Of a stretch of 20,000 bases of DNA, positions 16,915 to 20,000 are shown piece after piece. Under the pieces are notes generated by a model that was given only the letters and a program-made list of their open reading frames with translations, ran no database searches and was not told where the DNA came from. The stretch lies in sequence record SRR31156797_1217, one strand, 5' to 3'. Position 1 is the stretch's first letter, and each line of letters begins with the position of its first letter. Position numbers and translations under genes: made by a program.

Positions 16915-17768
16915 TCCGATTTCCTCATCAAAAACCGTTTTTGAATCTGCTGGAGATCGTTCCACGTTGCACGTTTCATCTCTTCATGGGCAAGAAGAAA
17001 ACGGGGATGGAAAGTGACCATCACCTGTACTGGATGTTCTTCGTAGTAGCGATATCGACGGAATGTTCCGCGCAAGCGAACAACGGGTTCGTTTTTGCCA
17101 AGAACGGCTTTAGCGCTTAAGTCCCCCATGGCACAGATAACAGATGGTTGTACAGCTGCAATCTCACGGGCAAGATACGGCAGGCACTGCTGCAGTTGTT
17201 CCTCTCCAGGAATATCACCACTGTTGCTGCAGCATTTAATGCAGTTTGTGATATAAACTTCTTCCTGTTTCAACCCCAGAGCAACTATCATTTTGGCAAG
17301 CATCTCATCTTCTGCCCTGCCAAACAAGCAAACAGATTTATCCTTACTCGTATTCAAGAGGTAGTCACCGATGATCATGAGGCGCACCTTTTCAGGAAGC
17401 CTCGCCGGCAGACTCAATGCCGAACCGTCGCTTAAGGAGCATTGAGCGCAGTCAGCAATGCGTTGAAAAATATCTTGTACAGCTTTCCCATCCATGCCTT
17501 TTTGTGTCGACACAGATGCCTTGTCAGTAGCAATCGGCTTCTTCACGCTCTTACGTTCGGGTAAAGGAGGCCCGGAAGGAAGGGAACGGTGAGGGCGCAG
17601 CGTGGATTGTTGAAGCCCTTCTAACAGGGGGTAGACCGAAATACCTATCTGCTGCTGAAACAGAAGCAGCCGACGCAGGTCGTTGGCCATTCTGACAATA
17701 CTATGAGCGTCTGGATGCTGCCCAGGAGAATTGGACACCTCTCCAAGTTCTTTATTTTTGGCTGACAA
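16911..17768 (-). CDS. Uracil-DNA glycosylase family 4-like protein with divergent motif A
   Basis: CAQCSL, VYITNCIKC and CLPYL (four Fe-S Cys), P.VICAMG, LRG and TFHP. TTG start with SD CAGGAG. Confidence 0.88.
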   Translation of the reverse strand: MSAKNKELGEVSNSPGQHPDAHSIVRMANDLRRLLLFQQQIGISVYPLLEGLQQSTLRPHRSLPSGPPLPERKSVKKPIATDKASVSTQKGMDGKAVQDIFQRIADCAQCSLSDGSALSLPARLPEKVRLMIIGDYLLNTSKDKSVCLFGRAEDEMLAKMIVALGLKQEEVYITNCIKCCSNSGDIPGEEQLQQCLPYLAREIAAVQPSVICAMGDLSAKAVLGKNEPVVRLRGTFRRYRYYEEHPVQVMVTFHPRFLLAHEEMKRATWNDLQQIQKRFLMRKSD

Positions 17769-17853
17769 AGTTCACTCCTGTGTTTACTGTTCCTCTTGAA
17801 TCGTATCTGTCTGAAGGCTAATTTGCCAAGTGGCCACAGTCCCAAAGGGATGC

Positions 17854-17871
17854 TGTTAGTGCGCACTGACA
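17854..17871. promoter_or_regulatory. Near-perfect 18-bp palindrome TGTTAGTGCGCACTGACA, candidate operator
   Basis: One mismatch from a perfect dyad; lies between the divergent udg-like and FmdB genes. Confidence 0.5.
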
Positions 17872-17928
17872 ATGTAAACAGATATCACAGATGCAAGAAA
17901 CCCCATACATTTCTCCCAGAGGTAAAAA

Positions 17929-18144
17929 ATGCCTATTTATGAATATGAATGCAAGGACTGCAAACATCAGTTTGAAGTATTGACGACCCAGTCGCAACAG
18001 ACAGAAAATGTCAAATGCCCAAAATGTCAAAGTACTGATGTGGTAAAAAACATGTCTGCTTCCAGCGTTCGCATAGGCTCTTCTGCACCAGCCTCGCTTG
18101 GTTCGGCGTCACCTGGGTGCTCGTCAACATCCGGTTTTTCCTGA
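17929..18144 (+). CDS. FmdB family zinc-ribbon protein (CxxC_CxxC_SSSS)
   Basis: MPIYEYECKDCKHQFE..CPKCQS..KNMSAS with a Ser/Gly-rich tail; SD GAGGT. Confidence 0.92.
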   Translation: MPIYEYECKDCKHQFEVLTTQSQQTENVKCPKCQSTDVVKNMSASSVRIGSSAPASLGSASPGCSSTSGFS

Positions 18145-18250
18145 GCATAAAGATATGGGCCCGTGTGGTCCATAAATTAATAAAGGTGAGTCAGCGAATG
18201 CTGCACCGAATCAGCAGCTCTCGAAATAAACAGGAATGGGGAAGAAATAT

Positions 18251-18577
18251 TTATTTCTTTTTTTTATATCGATTAAAATCGTATACTTCCTCATTTTTCT
18301 TCAACATTCCATGTTTTTTCCTAGCCAAATTCTCAATACTGGTATCATCAGTTTTCAAACGATGTATTTCTTCAGTAAGGATAGCATTGGCATCTTCTAA
18401 GCGAACATTTTCCTGGGATATGGTTTGTACATTTCGCTGCAGCTTATAGTAGTGCAGGAGCCCTCTTCCCGGCATAAAAAGGAGCAGGAGCAGACCCAAC
18501 GTAATAACAATGAAAAATACACGCCATAGAATCTTCCTGTTACGCTCCACCTGCTGAAGATCTCTACGCTCTGCCAT
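18251..18577 (-). CDS. ftsB: Septum formation initiator FtsB/DivIC family
   Basis: Single TM helix, GRGLLHY, coiled coil, and IENLARKKHGMLKKNEEVY. Confidence 0.88.
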   Translation of the reverse strand: MAERRDLQQVERNRKILWRVFFIVITLGLLLLLFMPGRGLLHYYKLQRNVQTISQENVRLEDANAILTEEIHRLKTDDTSIENLARKKHGMLKKNEEVYDFNRYKKKK

Positions 18578-18615
18578 ACTTAAACATCCCTACCAGCAAT
18601 CCTGAAAAAGGTACC

Positions 18616-19035
18616 ATGAATAATTACGTTGAAAAATGCCTTGTCAGCGCCTGCCTTACAGGACTCACGACACGATACGACGGAAAAAGCAAAAAAAACC
18701 AGTCCTGCATGCATTGCCTGGAAAATACTCTATGGGTACCGGTATGCCCTGAGCAACTGGGAGGCTTACCAACGCCTAGAGCTGCCGCTTCAATTATTGG
18801 CGGCAATGGGTTTGATGTCCTTAGGGGTACGGCAAAAGTTATGGATCGTGACCATAACGATGTCACCTCAAACTTTATCCACGGAGCAGAGCAGGTTCTT
18901 TCCATTGCCCAGTCACAGGAAATCAGTATCTGCTACCTGAAATCCCGCAGCCCCTCCTGTGCTATCAATGACAATGCCGGAGTTACGGCGGCCTTACTCA
19001 TGCAACACGGGATAAAAGTTCTCGAATTCACTTAA
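18616..19035 (+). CDS. DUF523 family protein (TudS-like thiouracil desulfidase, Fe-S)
   Basis: LVSACLTG..RYDG, PVCPEQLGGLPTPR, LKSRSPSC and GVTAALL. Confidence 0.9.
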   Translation: MNNYVEKCLVSACLTGLTTRYDGKSKKNQSCMHCLENTLWVPVCPEQLGGLPTPRAAASIIGGNGFDVLRGTAKVMDRDHNDVTSNFIHGAEQVLSIAQSQEISICYLKSRSPSCAINDNAGVTAALLMQHGIKVLEFT

Positions 19036-19062
19036 GACCACTTTCAACTCGCCGCCTTTACT

Positions 19063-19821
19063 TTAATTATGTTTTTCCTCTGCGCCCTTTGCTTGCCCAG
19101 CTGGCAAAGCGTCACTGCTTTGTGCTTTCTCCAGCCTGAAAATCCTTATCAGCAGAATTCCAGCTTCATAGAGTAAGTACAACGGGCCACCCATCAAAGC
19201 CATATTCACTATATCAGGTGTAGGGGTAAGCAGTGCTGAAAGAATGGCAATGCCGAGCACTGCAAATCGCCTATTTTTTTCAAATGTCCGGCGAGTAAAG
19301 ATACCGACCTGAGCACTAAAAATCATAAATACAGGCAGCTCAAAAATAACCCCAAATGCCAGAATAAACAATGTGGTAAAATTGACAAATCGACCAATGG
19401 ATATGACAGCCCGCATATCCTCAGACTGAAAACTCAACAAAAACTGGACCCCAAACGGCAAGGTGACCAGAAAACAAAAAATAGTCCCTGCATAAAAGAG
19501 GAAGCAAGTCGTTGCCACAAACCAAAATAGACGCCTGCCTGTAACATTGAAAGGTTTACCCATGGCTTTCCATAAAACATAGGTCAACAAAGGCATCAAC
19601 ACATACAGGGCCCCAAAAAAAGAGACCTTTACATGCGCAAGAAACGGTCCGGCCACTGAGAAGAAATAGAGTTGTTCATCCAGGTGTTCTTGAAATAGGG
19701 CGATCACCCCACTGGAAAGCGCAAAAATGCACCCAGTCATAAGGAGCAGAGTTACACCCAACAGCTTTATCGACTTTCTTAATTCCGAGAGAAAAACAAT
19801 GAGATTCTTACTAACTTTCAC
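19063..19821 (-). CDS. tatC: Twin-arginine translocase subunit TatC (divergent)
   Basis: Six TM helices, ELRK, AFGVIFELPV, RR, ALLTPTPD and PLYLLYEAGI. GTG 19821 is the likely start; the ORF-track ATG is at 19881. Confidence 0.88.
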   Translation of the reverse strand: MKVSKNLIVFLSELRKSIKLLGVTLLLMTGCIFALSSGVIALFQEHLDEQLYFFSVAGPFLAHVKVSFFGALYVLMPLLTYVLWKAMGKPFNVTGRRLFWFVATTCFLFYAGTIFCFLVTLPFGVQFLLSFQSEDMRAVISIGRFVNFTTLFILAFGVIFELPVFMIFSAQVGIFTRRTFEKNRRFAVLGIAILSALLTPTPDIVNMALMGGPLYLLYEAGILLIRIFRLEKAQSSDALPAGQAKGAEEKHN

Positions 19822-20000
19822 AATATGAAGTTCCCAATATAGGGTCGTAGTACAAATGGCTTTCAAAAATGATGACCTCATAAAGAGTCCATCACACTCA
19901 AAAGATTGCGTAACTAATCAGCGAATAACAAATAACCTCGACCTGCAAAGTTCAACAGCGCTCTAAATGCGTACAAGCAGGCTGGATAACTATAGTAATG

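Noticed and set aside
1..20000. CRISPR array, tRNA/rRNA, IS element, prophage or defence island
   Set aside because: No spaced direct repeats, RNA gene signatures, transposase/integrase or phage genes seen. The DAC gene has no adjacent effector suggesting CBASS-like defence.

Overview
Bacterial chromosomal window with about 20 genes. I see no rRNA, tRNA, CRISPR array or mobile element. Gene content suggests a sulfate/sulfur-metabolising Desulfobacterota member (Desulfobulbales-like); this is an inference. In order: 5' part of rpoD and dnaG (-); hypothetical and CaCA Na+/Ca2+ antiporter (+); DisA_N/DAC-domain protein with a long N-terminal region (-); 64-aa protein (+); DUF1178 (-); DUF1538-DUF1538-PII cluster (+); uraA and upp (-); a five-gene (+) run of ABC exporter with a large NBD insertion, stand-alone cNMP-binding protein, secreted protein, hypothetical and PqqD/RRE protein; family-4-like UDG (-); FmdB zinc ribbon (+); ftsB (-); DUF523/TudS (+); tatC (-). 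Most notable observations: (1) RpoD lacks acidic region 1.1 and instead has TKKV x3 and [ED]RR x4 repeats; (2) the ABC/cNMP/PqqD run has no modifying enzyme or clear precursor; (3) the DAC has RYN in place of RHR and sits among ion-transport and PII genes, with a structured leader before the DUF1538 genes; (4) key residues are degenerate in TatC and UDG. All family calls come from motif recognition by eye, not database searches.
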